Assembly: GCA_043817235.1 (NCBI GenBank)
Contig: JBDRHA010000006.1
Location: 10,041-74,040, forward strand
Reading direction: 5' to 3'
DNA: 64,000 bases
Source of the DNA: Candidatus Shapirobacteria bacterium
Lineage (GTDB): Bacteria > Patescibacteriota > Microgenomatia > UBA12405 > BS750m-G30
The notes under the pieces: generated by a model
Told to the model about the DNA's origin: nothing
The model's input: only the letters and a program-made list of their open reading frames with translations
Databases searched by the model: none
Part shown: in pieces, positions 46,171 through 53,761 of the stretch
Layout: each line of letters opens with the position of its first letter
Numbering within the stretch: position 1 is the first letter of the stretch
Translations under genes and position numbers: made by a program

Positions 46171-46788
46171 ATGAGCGAGCAAGAAACCAGAGAACATAAA
46201 GAGATTGAAAGCACTACCGATCTTGGTGAGTTTGTCAATCGCTTTTATGAGAGCAAGGTGTTTAAAGATGGATTTTATAATTCGCTGTCCCGAACAAATA
46301 TTGAAGGCTACTCTCAATATCGAGAAGTTGTTTTAAGCAGAGTTGCGTCTTTAGACGAGAAAGTGGATGAAAAAGAAGTTTTTGATACTTTTTTAGAAAC
46401 GGACCAAGCTAAGCAGCTTTTGCTGGCTTTTGCTCAAAATGATTTGAAATTTGAGTATGATCCTGATCAATGCACTCCTAAGGTCAAAACAGCTTTTACG
46501 ACCTATCAAAACGCTATTAGGGCAATGGAGTCATCAAGATATAAGGCATTAGCTTCGGACGCTCTATGCGGAGGTGCAGATTCAAAAGAGAGAATCGAAG
46601 AAGCAGACCAGCTTCGCCAGCACCGACATAATCGACTAGCCACTGCTTTGCAGGAATCAGGAATCGTTGCCAGCTATCGAATGGCAAGGACTTTAGCCAG
46701 AATAATGATGGTCTCTATCGACATGGACACTTTTGATTCTATCCAGGCTGACGAAAAAATAAGATTTAAGATATTAGCTGGCCTTTAA
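46171..46788 (+). CDS. Hypothetical protein
   Basis: 205-aa ORF; TATAAT 6 nt before the ATG. Confidence 0.55.
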   Translation: MSEQETREHKEIESTTDLGEFVNRFYESKVFKDGFYNSLSRTNIEGYSQYREVVLSRVASLDEKVDEKEVFDTFLETDQAKQLLLAFAQNDLKFEYDPDQCTPKVKTAFTTYQNAIRAMESSRYKALASDALCGGADSKERIEEADQLRQHRHNRLATALQESGIVASYRMARTLARIMMVSIDMDTFDSIQADEKIRFKILAGL

Positions 46789-46789
46789 C

Positions 46790-47233
46790 TTATTTCAATT
46801 CTACTTTCGCTCCGGCTTCACCTAATTTTTTCTGCGCTTCTTCGGCCTGATCTTTTTTCACATCTACCAAAACTTCTGCCGGAAGTTTTTCCGTCATGTC
46901 TTTAGCTTCTTTTAAGCCCAAATCCGGCTTAATTTCCCGTAAAGCTTTAATGACATTAATTTTATTAGCTCCGGTTTCAGTCAAAACTACAGTAAACTGA
47001 GTTTTTTCTTCAGCGGGAGCGCCGCCGGCATCTTGCCCGCCTGCCGATGAGGCAGCCACTGGAGCCGCGGCCATGGCTTGCACCCCGAATTTTTCTTCCA
47101 AGCCTTTGACCAGATCAGATAATTCCAGAACAGATAATTCTCCGATTTGATCTAAAATTTTGGATAATTTTGGATCTAGGTTAACAGAAATTTTTTCCTC
47201 TTGTTTTTCTTCTTTCTTTTTTTCTTTTGCCAT
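46790..47233 (-). CDS. rplL: 50S ribosomal protein L7/L12
   Basis: [38 protein letters not shown]. Confidence 0.95.
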   Translation of the reverse strand: MAKEKKKEEKQEEKISVNLDPKLSKILDQIGELSVLELSDLVKGLEEKFGVQAMAAAPVAASSAGGQDAGGAPAEEKTQFTVVLTETGANKINVIKALREIKPDLGLKEAKDMTEKLPAEVLVDVKKDQAEEAQKKLGEAGAKVELK

Positions 47234-47754
47234 TAATTTTCACCTCCTTTATCTTTTTCTAGTGCTTTTAATACTAAAAGCAGTTTTTGCTGATTATAAT
47301 TTAAAGAGTAAGCTAAGCGAGAAAGGGGATTGGCTAGCCCGCCGACAAACCTAGAAAGCAAGACCTCTTTTCCGGGCAAGCTAATTAATTTTTCTAACTC
47401 TGTCAAAGTTAATAACTTCCCCTGAAAAACCCCGAGTTTAAATTCCGGTTTTTCGTACTGTTTTCTGGTTTCCTCAATTTGCTTTAAAGGAGCAATTTCA
47501 TCCTCGTTGGCCACTACTAGGGCGGTGGGGCCGGTTAGTTTTTCGGAAAGCTCAATTCCCAAAGCTTTTAGGGCAAACATTATTAAAGTATTTTTGGCAA
47601 CCAGCATTATTCCGCCATTTTCACCAATAGCTATTCTTAAAGCACGGACTTGTTCGGCTGATAAGCCCTGATAATCAATTAAAGCACTGCTTTTACTGCC
47701 TTCGATTAAAGCTTTTAAGTTTTCTACCTCGTAAATTTTAGCTTGGTTGACCAT
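47233..47754 (-). CDS. rplJ: 50S ribosomal protein L10
   Basis: DYQGLS..LR..VAKNTL..LTGPTAL..LP. Confidence 0.93.
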   Translation of the reverse strand: MVNQAKIYEVENLKALIEGSKSSALIDYQGLSAEQVRALRIAIGENGGIMLVAKNTLIMFALKALGIELSEKLTGPTALVVANEDEIAPLKQIEETRKQYEKPEFKLGVFQGKLLTLTELEKLISLPGKEVLLSRFVGGLANPLSRLAYSLNYNQQKLLLVLKALEKDKGGEN

Positions 47755-47778
47755 TTTTAAAATCCTAATTAATTACCT

Positions 47779-47874
47779 TGTCATTCCCGATTCTGATCGG
47801 GAATTCTCTGTCATCCTGAGCGTAGCCGAAGGATCTATTGCTTCCAAAGATTCCTCGGTTGCACTCGGAATGAC
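47779..47874. repeat. REP cluster in the rplJ 5' UTR
   Basis: GTCATTCCCGA..TCGGGAAT; GTCATCCTGAGCG..CTCGGAATGAC. Confidence 0.88.
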
Positions 47875-47891
47875 CTTTTAGTAACGTGCAC

Positions 47892-48006
47892 AAAAAAAGC
47901 CTCGAATCCGAGGCTGCTTTAAGCTTTAAGTTTTTGGCTTTAAGCTAATTACCGCCTCGGTAAGATTTTTAAGTCCCGCAGCTGCGGGAGACTTACTGTC
48001 TTGGGC
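47892..48006 (-). promoter_or_regulatory. L10 ribosomal-protein leader with attenuator terminator
   Basis: CCAAGACAGTAAG..TTAAAAATCTTACCGAGG; terminator GCCTCG-GATT-CGAGGC-T7; upstream TTGACA-16-TAATAT at 48041-48014. Confidence 0.8.
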
Positions 48007-48049
48007 TAGACTTATATTACCAGATTATCCTTTCTTGTCAAGCTAGATT

Positions 48050-48079
48050 TTGACATATCCCTCTTTCTTATGCTATTAT
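48050..48079 (+). promoter_or_regulatory. Sigma70 promoter with extended -10
   Basis: TTGACA-18-TATTAT preceded by TGc. Confidence 0.7.
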
Positions 48080-48084
48080 ACACT

Positions 48085-48235
48085 TCGTTGACAGATCGTA
48101 GGGAGACCCCTTTGCTCTCAACCGCGAGAGCAGAAAGAAGGGCGCTTCCTTTCAATCATGACCGGGGAAGCGAGAAAAAGAGAGAAGGCAACGATGCCTC
48201 TCAACAAACTTTTTCCTGCTTCCCCCGGTCGACAA
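48085..48235 (+). ncRNA. Candidate structured RNA of unknown family (two long hairpins)
   Basis: Stems AGGGAG/CTTCCT, CCCTT/AAGGG, TGCTCTC/GAGAGCA; GACCG/CGGTC, GGGAAGC/GCTTCCC, GAAAAAG/CTTTTTC, AGGCA/TGCCT; has its own promoter. Confidence 0.55.
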
Positions 48236-48284
48236 TACTTCCTTTATTATTGACTTCTTTCCCTTACTTTGCTAATTTTTAGTT

Positions 48285-48539
48285 ATGCAAGAAAGCGGAT
48301 CTTCTTTAGAAAACCAAGTTCAAGAACTTAATCAATACCTTAAGGTTTTAATTAAAAGAAAGTCTCCGGCTTATTTATTTTTATCCGGAGCCCTGCATTC
48401 TTTAGGTTCTGTTTTTGGTACCGTGGTGGTTTTAGGTATTTTAGGATTTTTAGCTTCGCAAGTTTTTCGGAATTTTGACTTTACCAAAATAACTGCCGAT
48501 TGGGTAAGCAATATCTTAAAAACAGTCAATGAGCATTAA
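48285..48539 (+). CDS. Small membrane protein
   Basis: FLSGALHSLGSVFGTVVVLG TM helix. Confidence 0.6.
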   Translation: MQESGSSLENQVQELNQYLKVLIKRKSPAYLFLSGALHSLGSVFGTVVVLGILGFLASQVFRNFDFTKITADWVSNILKTVNEH

Positions 48540-48921
48540 TCCTTATGTAAAAAAAGTTGAAAAGCCCTGGGGTTATGAGCTAATTCTAACCCAGCCTGAC
48601 CTTCCTTATACCGGAAAAATTCTCCACATTAATCAAAAAGAACGTTTTAGTTTGCAGTATCATGAGCAAAAACAAGAAACTTTATGTTTGCTTAAAGGAG
48701 AAGCAAAATTATATTTAGAGGATGAAAAAGGGGAGCTTTTAGAGTTAGAGATGGAGCCACTAAAAGGATACTTAATTGCTCCTTATCAACAGCATCGAGT
48801 AGAGGGGATTACTGATTGCGACATCCTAGAAGCCTCTACTTCGGAAAAAGGAAATACGATTAGAGTGAAAGATGATTATCAGCGGGGAGTAGAGACTGAG
48901 GAGGAGAGAAGCCGGCGATGA
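48529..48921 (+). CDS. Cupin-domain protein (mannose-6-phosphate isomerase-like)
   Basis: KPWGYE, SLQYHEQKQET, QQHR, EAST. Confidence 0.85.
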   Translation: MSINPYVKKVEKPWGYELILTQPDLPYTGKILHINQKERFSLQYHEQKQETLCLLKGEAKLYLEDEKGELLELEMEPLKGYLIAPYQQHRVEGITDCDILEASTSEKGNTIRVKDDYQRGVETEEERSRR

Positions 48922-49691
48922 AACCAATAACAAATTTATCTAACAAGAACATCGCTCCCTTAAAATTACTGTGTTTTGACTGCGACGGGGTAACGGTGCC
49001 GGAGGGAACCAAGATTTCTGAAAGCAGGGGTCGGTTAGTCGTGGAAACAAAATTAATTGAAGATCGTTTAGTGCAAAAACTAAATAAACTTAAAAGTAAA
49101 TATTATTTGGTTTTTTCTTCCGGCCGAAGCCTTCTTTATTTAACTAGGATGTTTGAACCGGTTTTGGGTAAAAAAGTAATTTTGCAGGCAGAAGTGGGTT
49201 TATTTACACTTTTAAACGGCGAAGTTTTACAGCTTGATCCGTTAAGCGAAGAACAACTAGGGTTATTGACTAAAATCAGGAGAAGAATCAGGGCGGAGGC
49301 GAAGAATAACTCGGATATTTTGGGGTTTGAGCCTAAGCAATTTTTAGCAACCGTGCATTGTAAAAAAGAATTGCCAGTAATCGAGGAAATTGTCAGACAA
49401 GAAGCTCAAGGGGAAGATTTATATTGTTTGTGGAGCGGGGAAGCTTATGATATTAACTTTGCTCATCTAAATAAGGGCAGGGGATTAGAAAAATTATGTG
49501 CTAAGCTAGGAGTAAAAAGAGAGGAAGCACTTGCTATTGGCAATGATCCTAATGATCGGGAAATGGTTGAGTGGGCAGGCATTGGCGTTACTTCCAATAA
49601 AGAGACAATGAGTTCGGCTGATTATTATACTTTAGGCAAACAGGAGCTGGGCGGGGAGGAATTAATAGATAGGATTTTGGAGTTAGTTTAA
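48918..49691 (+). CDS. HAD-superfamily (IIB/Cof-like) hydrolase
   Basis: FDCDG, SSGRS, NKGRG, IGNDPNDREM. Confidence 0.85.
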   Translation: MKPITNLSNKNIAPLKLLCFDCDGVTVPEGTKISESRGRLVVETKLIEDRLVQKLNKLKSKYYLVFSSGRSLLYLTRMFEPVLGKKVILQAEVGLFTLLNGEVLQLDPLSEEQLGLLTKIRRRIRAEAKNNSDILGFEPKQFLATVHCKKELPVIEEIVRQEAQGEDLYCLWSGEAYDINFAHLNKGRGLEKLCAKLGVKREEALAIGNDPNDREMVEWAGIGVTSNKETMSSADYYTLGKQELGGEELIDRILELV

Positions 49692-50699
49692 AAAATTTTG
49701 GAAAAATTCCAAATCTCTTTGCACTACCAGGTCCCAATCTGGCTCTAAATTGTGATCGGAGCGAGGATAATAAAAGTAATTTACCTCTTTATTCAAGCTA
49801 TTAAGCTCCTTAATTAACTTCTCCTGCCATTCGGCCGGCACTAAATAGTCTGCTCCTCCTTGATGAATTAACAAAGGCGCTTTTATTTTTCCATAATAGC
49901 TGGTAGTGGAATACTTTTGAGGGTCATAGCTTTTAGTAAAATTATTTATTGCTTCTAAGACCTTTTGGGAGTCAGGGGTTAAATTATCTTGATCAATATA
50001 ATTGATAATGCATTCCGGAAAACTTTCGGTAACTGGAGCCCAAAGACTGGTCGGGTAAGCAAATTGGCTAATCTCCAAAACCGATAAGGCAATTTGGCCG
50101 CCATTGCTATGGGCCCAAAGAAATATTTGATCAGGATTGGCTTCGGGTAAAGTTTTAACTGAAGCGATTAGATTTAAAACCGTAATTGGCCGTTTAAAAC
50201 GATTGAGAAGAACGTCGGTTGTTTCCGGGTCAGAGCCGCCAAAGCCCAAAAAATCAGGGGCTAGGGTAATAAACCCGTTTTCTGCCAATGCCCCGGCCGC
50301 TTTCCGAGTGCCTAATCCTGTAAAATATATTTCTTTATCTGCATAGCCTCGGAGCATAATTACTGCCGGAAGTTTGCCTGCTTTTTGGGGCAAATTTAGC
50401 TGGCCTGTTACTTTTTGGCCGTCGGGCAAATAAGAAAAAAGATAACTGGTGAAATTTTCTTCTTTGCTGATTTCCTTTTCGATTTTAATTTCGCTTCCGG
50501 CGTATTCTCTTTCGCCTAAAGCTTCAAAACTATAGGGAGCATAAACGCCATTATTTTTATTTTTTTCCGGCTCTTCGGTTCTACTGACTCTACTGACCAA
50601 GGGAGAGAGGATAAAGATGCCCTGGGGCTTGAATAGGTCGTAAGCCAAGATTCCTGCGCCTAAAACCAGAATCAACCAGCCAATTCTTTTGAAAGACAT
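49683..50699 (-). CDS. Membrane-anchored alpha/beta hydrolase (S9-like)
   Basis: PDFLGFGGS, WAHSNGG, HQGGAD, SDHN. Confidence 0.82.
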   Translation of the reverse strand: MSFKRIGWLILVLGAGILAYDLFKPQGIFILSPLVSRVSRTEEPEKNKNNGVYAPYSFEALGEREYAGSEIKIEKEISKEENFTSYLFSYLPDGQKVTGQLNLPQKAGKLPAVIMLRGYADKEIYFTGLGTRKAAGALAENGFITLAPDFLGFGGSDPETTDVLLNRFKRPITVLNLIASVKTLPEANPDQIFLWAHSNGGQIALSVLEISQFAYPTSLWAPVTESFPECIINYIDQDNLTPDSQKVLEAINNFTKSYDPQKYSTTSYYGKIKAPLLIHQGGADYLVPAEWQEKLIKELNSLNKEVNYFYYPRSDHNLEPDWDLVVQRDLEFFQNFLN

Positions 50700-50750
50700 A
50701 GGATATTATATAAATTTCTAAACCCCAATGCTTTGTGATATAATTCTTCC

Positions 50751-50933
50751 ATGCCTAAAGGGGTAAACTTTTTTAGTGAAGTTTTTGAACAGTTAAAGCA
50801 AGTAACTTGGCCGGATAAAGAAACCTTGACAACTTTGACTGTTGTCGTTATTGTAGTTTCGGCGGCAGTGGCTGTATACTTAGGCGCTTTGGATGTTTTC
50901 TTTACCCGGGCAGTAGGAATTTTAGTTAAATAA
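50751..50933 (+). CDS. secE: Preprotein translocase SecE
   Basis: LKQVTWP + TM; precedes nusG. Confidence 0.92.
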   Translation: MPKGVNFFSEVFEQLKQVTWPDKETLTTLTVVVIVVSAAVAVYLGALDVFFTRAVGILVK

Positions 50934-50944
50934 TTTTTTTAAAG

Positions 50945-51559
50945 ATGGCTGTTAAAAATAAAAAAGAGAAGAAAAAAGGCAGTAGGATTAAAAAAAGCGA
51001 ATATCGCTTTAAAATTAGCGAAAAGCCTGCTTCCTGCCGAGCGCTGTGGTTTGTCATTCATACTTATTCCGGCCATGAGCATCGGGTAGTGGAAGCATTA
51101 AAACAACGGACAGCGAGCATGGGATTGGAGGACCGGGTTTTTGAGGCAGTTGTTCCCTTGCAAACAAAATTTATTATCAGAAGGGGCCAAAAGGTAAAGG
51201 CCAAGGAAAAAGTATTTCCCGGCTATATCCTGGTGAAAATGATTTTAGATGATAATTCTTGGATTGTGGTAAAAACTACCCCCGGTGTGACTGGTTTTGT
51301 CGGCGGCGAGGAAAAACCCTTGCCTATTCCCAGCTTGGAAGTGGAAAAGATTTTGGAGACCGTAGAAAAAGAAAAACCGCAGTATAAAGCAAAATTCAGC
51401 GTAGGCGAGGCAGTAAAAGTTACCGATGGGCCCTTCGCCGATTCTTTGGGTACCATAGAGTCAATAGACCGAAAACGAGGCAAGCTAAGGGTCTTAATTT
51501 CCATTTTTGGCCGGGAAACGCCGGTAGAACTGGACTTTTTACAAATAAGTAAAATATAA
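50945..51559 (+). CDS. nusG: Transcription factor NusG
   Basis: WFVIHTYSGHE, FPGYILV, TPGVTGFVG, KOW, IFGRETPVEL. Confidence 0.96.
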   Translation: MAVKNKKEKKKGSRIKKSEYRFKISEKPASCRALWFVIHTYSGHEHRVVEALKQRTASMGLEDRVFEAVVPLQTKFIIRRGQKVKAKEKVFPGYILVKMILDDNSWIVVKTTPGVTGFVGGEEKPLPIPSLEVEKILETVEKEKPQYKAKFSVGEAVKVTDGPFADSLGTIESIDRKRGKLRVLISIFGRETPVELDFLQISKI

Positions 51560-51560
51560 A

Positions 51561-51989
51561 ATGGCTAAAAAAGTAAAAGCAATTGTCAAGCTAAACTTGC
51601 CAGCTGGAGAAGCAACGGCCGGTCCTCCGGCCGGGCCCATCTTAGGCCAGCATGGGGTCGCAATTATGGATTTCATTAATCAATATAATGCGGCTACCAA
51701 AGAACAAAAAGGCAATATTATTCCGGCTGTTTTGACCATTTACGAAGACCGGAGTTTTAGTTTTGTTACCAAGCTTCCGCCGGTAGCGGATTTGATTAAA
51801 AAGAAATTAGGAATAGAAAAGGGCGCGAAGGAAACCAAAAGAGAGAAAATAGGCAACTTGAATAAAGTGGACTTGGAAGAAATTGCCCGGCAAAAAATAA
51901 AAGATTTAAATACCAAGAGCCTTGAATCAGCGGTTAAAATAGTTCAGGGAACAGCTAAAAGCATGGGCGTGGAGGTGGATAATGGCTAA
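51561..51989 (+). CDS. rplK: 50S ribosomal protein L11
   Basis: AGEATAGPPAGPILGQHGV, IYEDRSF, GTAKSMG. Confidence 0.96.
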   Translation: MAKKVKAIVKLNLPAGEATAGPPAGPILGQHGVAIMDFINQYNAATKEQKGNIIPAVLTIYEDRSFSFVTKLPPVADLIKKKLGIEKGAKETKREKIGNLNKVDLEEIARQKIKDLNTKSLESAVKIVQGTAKSMGVEVDNG

Positions 51990-52746
51990 ATCAGCAAAAG
52001 AAAAAGCTCAAAAAAAACAAGAAAAAAAGGCGGCAGAAATAAAGGTTACCGGCTTGAAAGGTGGAGAGCGGGTAAAGGTAGTCGAGGGTGAGAATATTCA
52101 GGCGCCCAAAATTGAGCAAGAGGAAGAGAAAGCTGAAACCAAATCTAAGAAAGGAAAGAAAAAAAGCCGCGGCAAGCTTTACAAAGAAGTCTTGGCTAAA
52201 GTGGATAAAAATAAGCTTTATTCTTTAAAAGAAGCAATTAAATTAACTAAAGACACTTCAATTTCAAAGTTTGTCGGAAATTTGGAAGCACACTTAGTAG
52301 TTGATAAGATTGGCGACTTTGGTGAACTGAAGCTGCCTCATTTTCAGGCTAAAGAAAAGAAAATTGCTTTGGTGGATGCCAAGACCATAACTAAGATTAA
52401 AGAAAGTAAAATTGATTTTGATGTTCTTTTGGCTTCTCCGGCGGAAATGAAAATTTTGGTGCCTTTGGCTAGAATATTGGGCCCCAAGGGCTTAATGCCT
52501 AATCCGAAAAACGGCACTTTGGTAAAAGACCCCGCAAAAGCAGTTAAAAACTGGGGCCAAAAGGGAATAGACTTAAAAACTGAAAAAAAGGCGCCAGTTG
52601 TTCATTCTGTTTTGGGAAAACTTGATCAAAAAGACGAGGAGCTTATCGCCAATGTAGAAGAACTAATCAGAGCAATTGGCCGGGACAAAATTAAAAAAAT
52701 TACCTTAACCTCTACCATGGGCCCAGGAATAAAAACGGCTCCCTAA
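51982..52746 (+). CDS. rplA: 50S ribosomal protein L1 with charged N-terminal extension
   Basis: LARILGPKGLMPNPKNGT, TSTMGPG. Confidence 0.93.
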   Translation: MAKSAKEKAQKKQEKKAAEIKVTGLKGGERVKVVEGENIQAPKIEQEEEKAETKSKKGKKKSRGKLYKEVLAKVDKNKLYSLKEAIKLTKDTSISKFVGNLEAHLVVDKIGDFGELKLPHFQAKEKKIALVDAKTITKIKESKIDFDVLLASPAEMKILVPLARILGPKGLMPNPKNGTLVKDPAKAVKNWGQKGIDLKTEKKAPVVHSVLGKLDQKDEELIANVEELIRAIGRDKIKKITLTSTMGPGIKTAP

Positions 52747-53414
52747 TGGAAAAAAATCTAAAAAGTTTTTTAAATCAGTATTTTGCTCTTGAAATAATCC
52801 CCGGCAAAAAAATTCGTATTCCTTATTGGCGCAATAAATTTCCCCCTTGGGGCGGAAGAATTCAGGGGCCATATGGGGGCAAGGGAATGCCGGCTCAAAT
52901 CAAAAGAATTACCCTGAAAAAAGCCAAGCAGGCCAGGATTAATTTGACGGATTTAAATTCCGATCAAATTCGTAACTTTATGAAGCAGAAAAAGATTGGG
53001 GTTGAATGTTCCGGCTTTACTTTTCAAGTTCTAAATTTTTTAAAACCGGGGTTTTACAAGCACTTGAAAAAAGCGCCGGGAATAAGCCCTAATCCGATCA
53101 GGAGATTTAATGCGGCTGCTCTCACTTCAGCAGAAAACAGCCGCCCAATAAAAAAAGTAAAAGAAATTCAAGTAGGAGATTTAATCGCCGCCAGCTTTGA
53201 GAAGAACATTATTGATCATGTTTTAATAATTGTTGATATTTCTAAAAAGGAAATTATTTATGCTCATTCTTCCAGTCAAACCCCCACTTCCGGCCCGCAT
53301 CTGGGCAAGCTAAAGATAGCCAACCCGAGCGCCAGCCCCCAAGAGCTTAAATTTGTCGAAAAAACCAAGAGGCCTTTGAAGATTTTAGGAATAAGAAGGA
53401 TCGAGGGGCAGTAA
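52746..53414 (+). CDS. Hypothetical protein, NlpC/P60-like papain fold
   Basis: GVECSGF..GDLI..DHVLII..YAHSS. Confidence 0.55.
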   Translation: MEKNLKSFLNQYFALEIIPGKKIRIPYWRNKFPPWGGRIQGPYGGKGMPAQIKRITLKKAKQARINLTDLNSDQIRNFMKQKKIGVECSGFTFQVLNFLKPGFYKHLKKAPGISPNPIRRFNAAALTSAENSRPIKKVKEIQVGDLIAASFEKNIIDHVLIIVDISKKEIIYAHSSSQTPTSGPHLGKLKIANPSASPQELKFVEKTKRPLKILGIRRIEGQ

Positions 53415-53430
53415 AAGCTAAAGGAGGTCT

Positions 53431-53657
53431 TTGTCGTTCCCGACTTAATCGGGTTTCCCTTGTCATTCCGAGCGCAGCCCCGCCGTTGCGGGGCGTAGTC
53501 GAGGAATCTTTTGGGGAATTAACCAAACACCGCTTGGACAAGAAAGATCCCTCGACTGCGCTCGGGATGACCATTTGAACTGTCATTGCGTGGCAATCTT
53601 GCTTTTCCGACGGGATCGCTGCGCCCCCGACGTGACGTCGGGGGACTCGCGATGACA
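53431..53657. repeat. REP cluster
   Basis: GTCATTCCGAGCG..CGCTCGGGATGAC; GTCATTGCG..CTCGCGATGAC. Confidence 0.9.
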
Positions 53658-53761
53658 TTTAAGAAATTTTAACCCTATTTTATCTACGATCGTGAAGAAA
53701 ATGAGGGAGATTATTAAAATCAAAGCCAAATTATTCTGAAAGTTTGATATACTGGAAAAAA

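Noticed and set aside
48070-48282. 70-aa ORF
   Set aside because: Its ATG lies within the predicted -10 region, upstream of the likely TSS, and the sequence is better explained by RNA pairing
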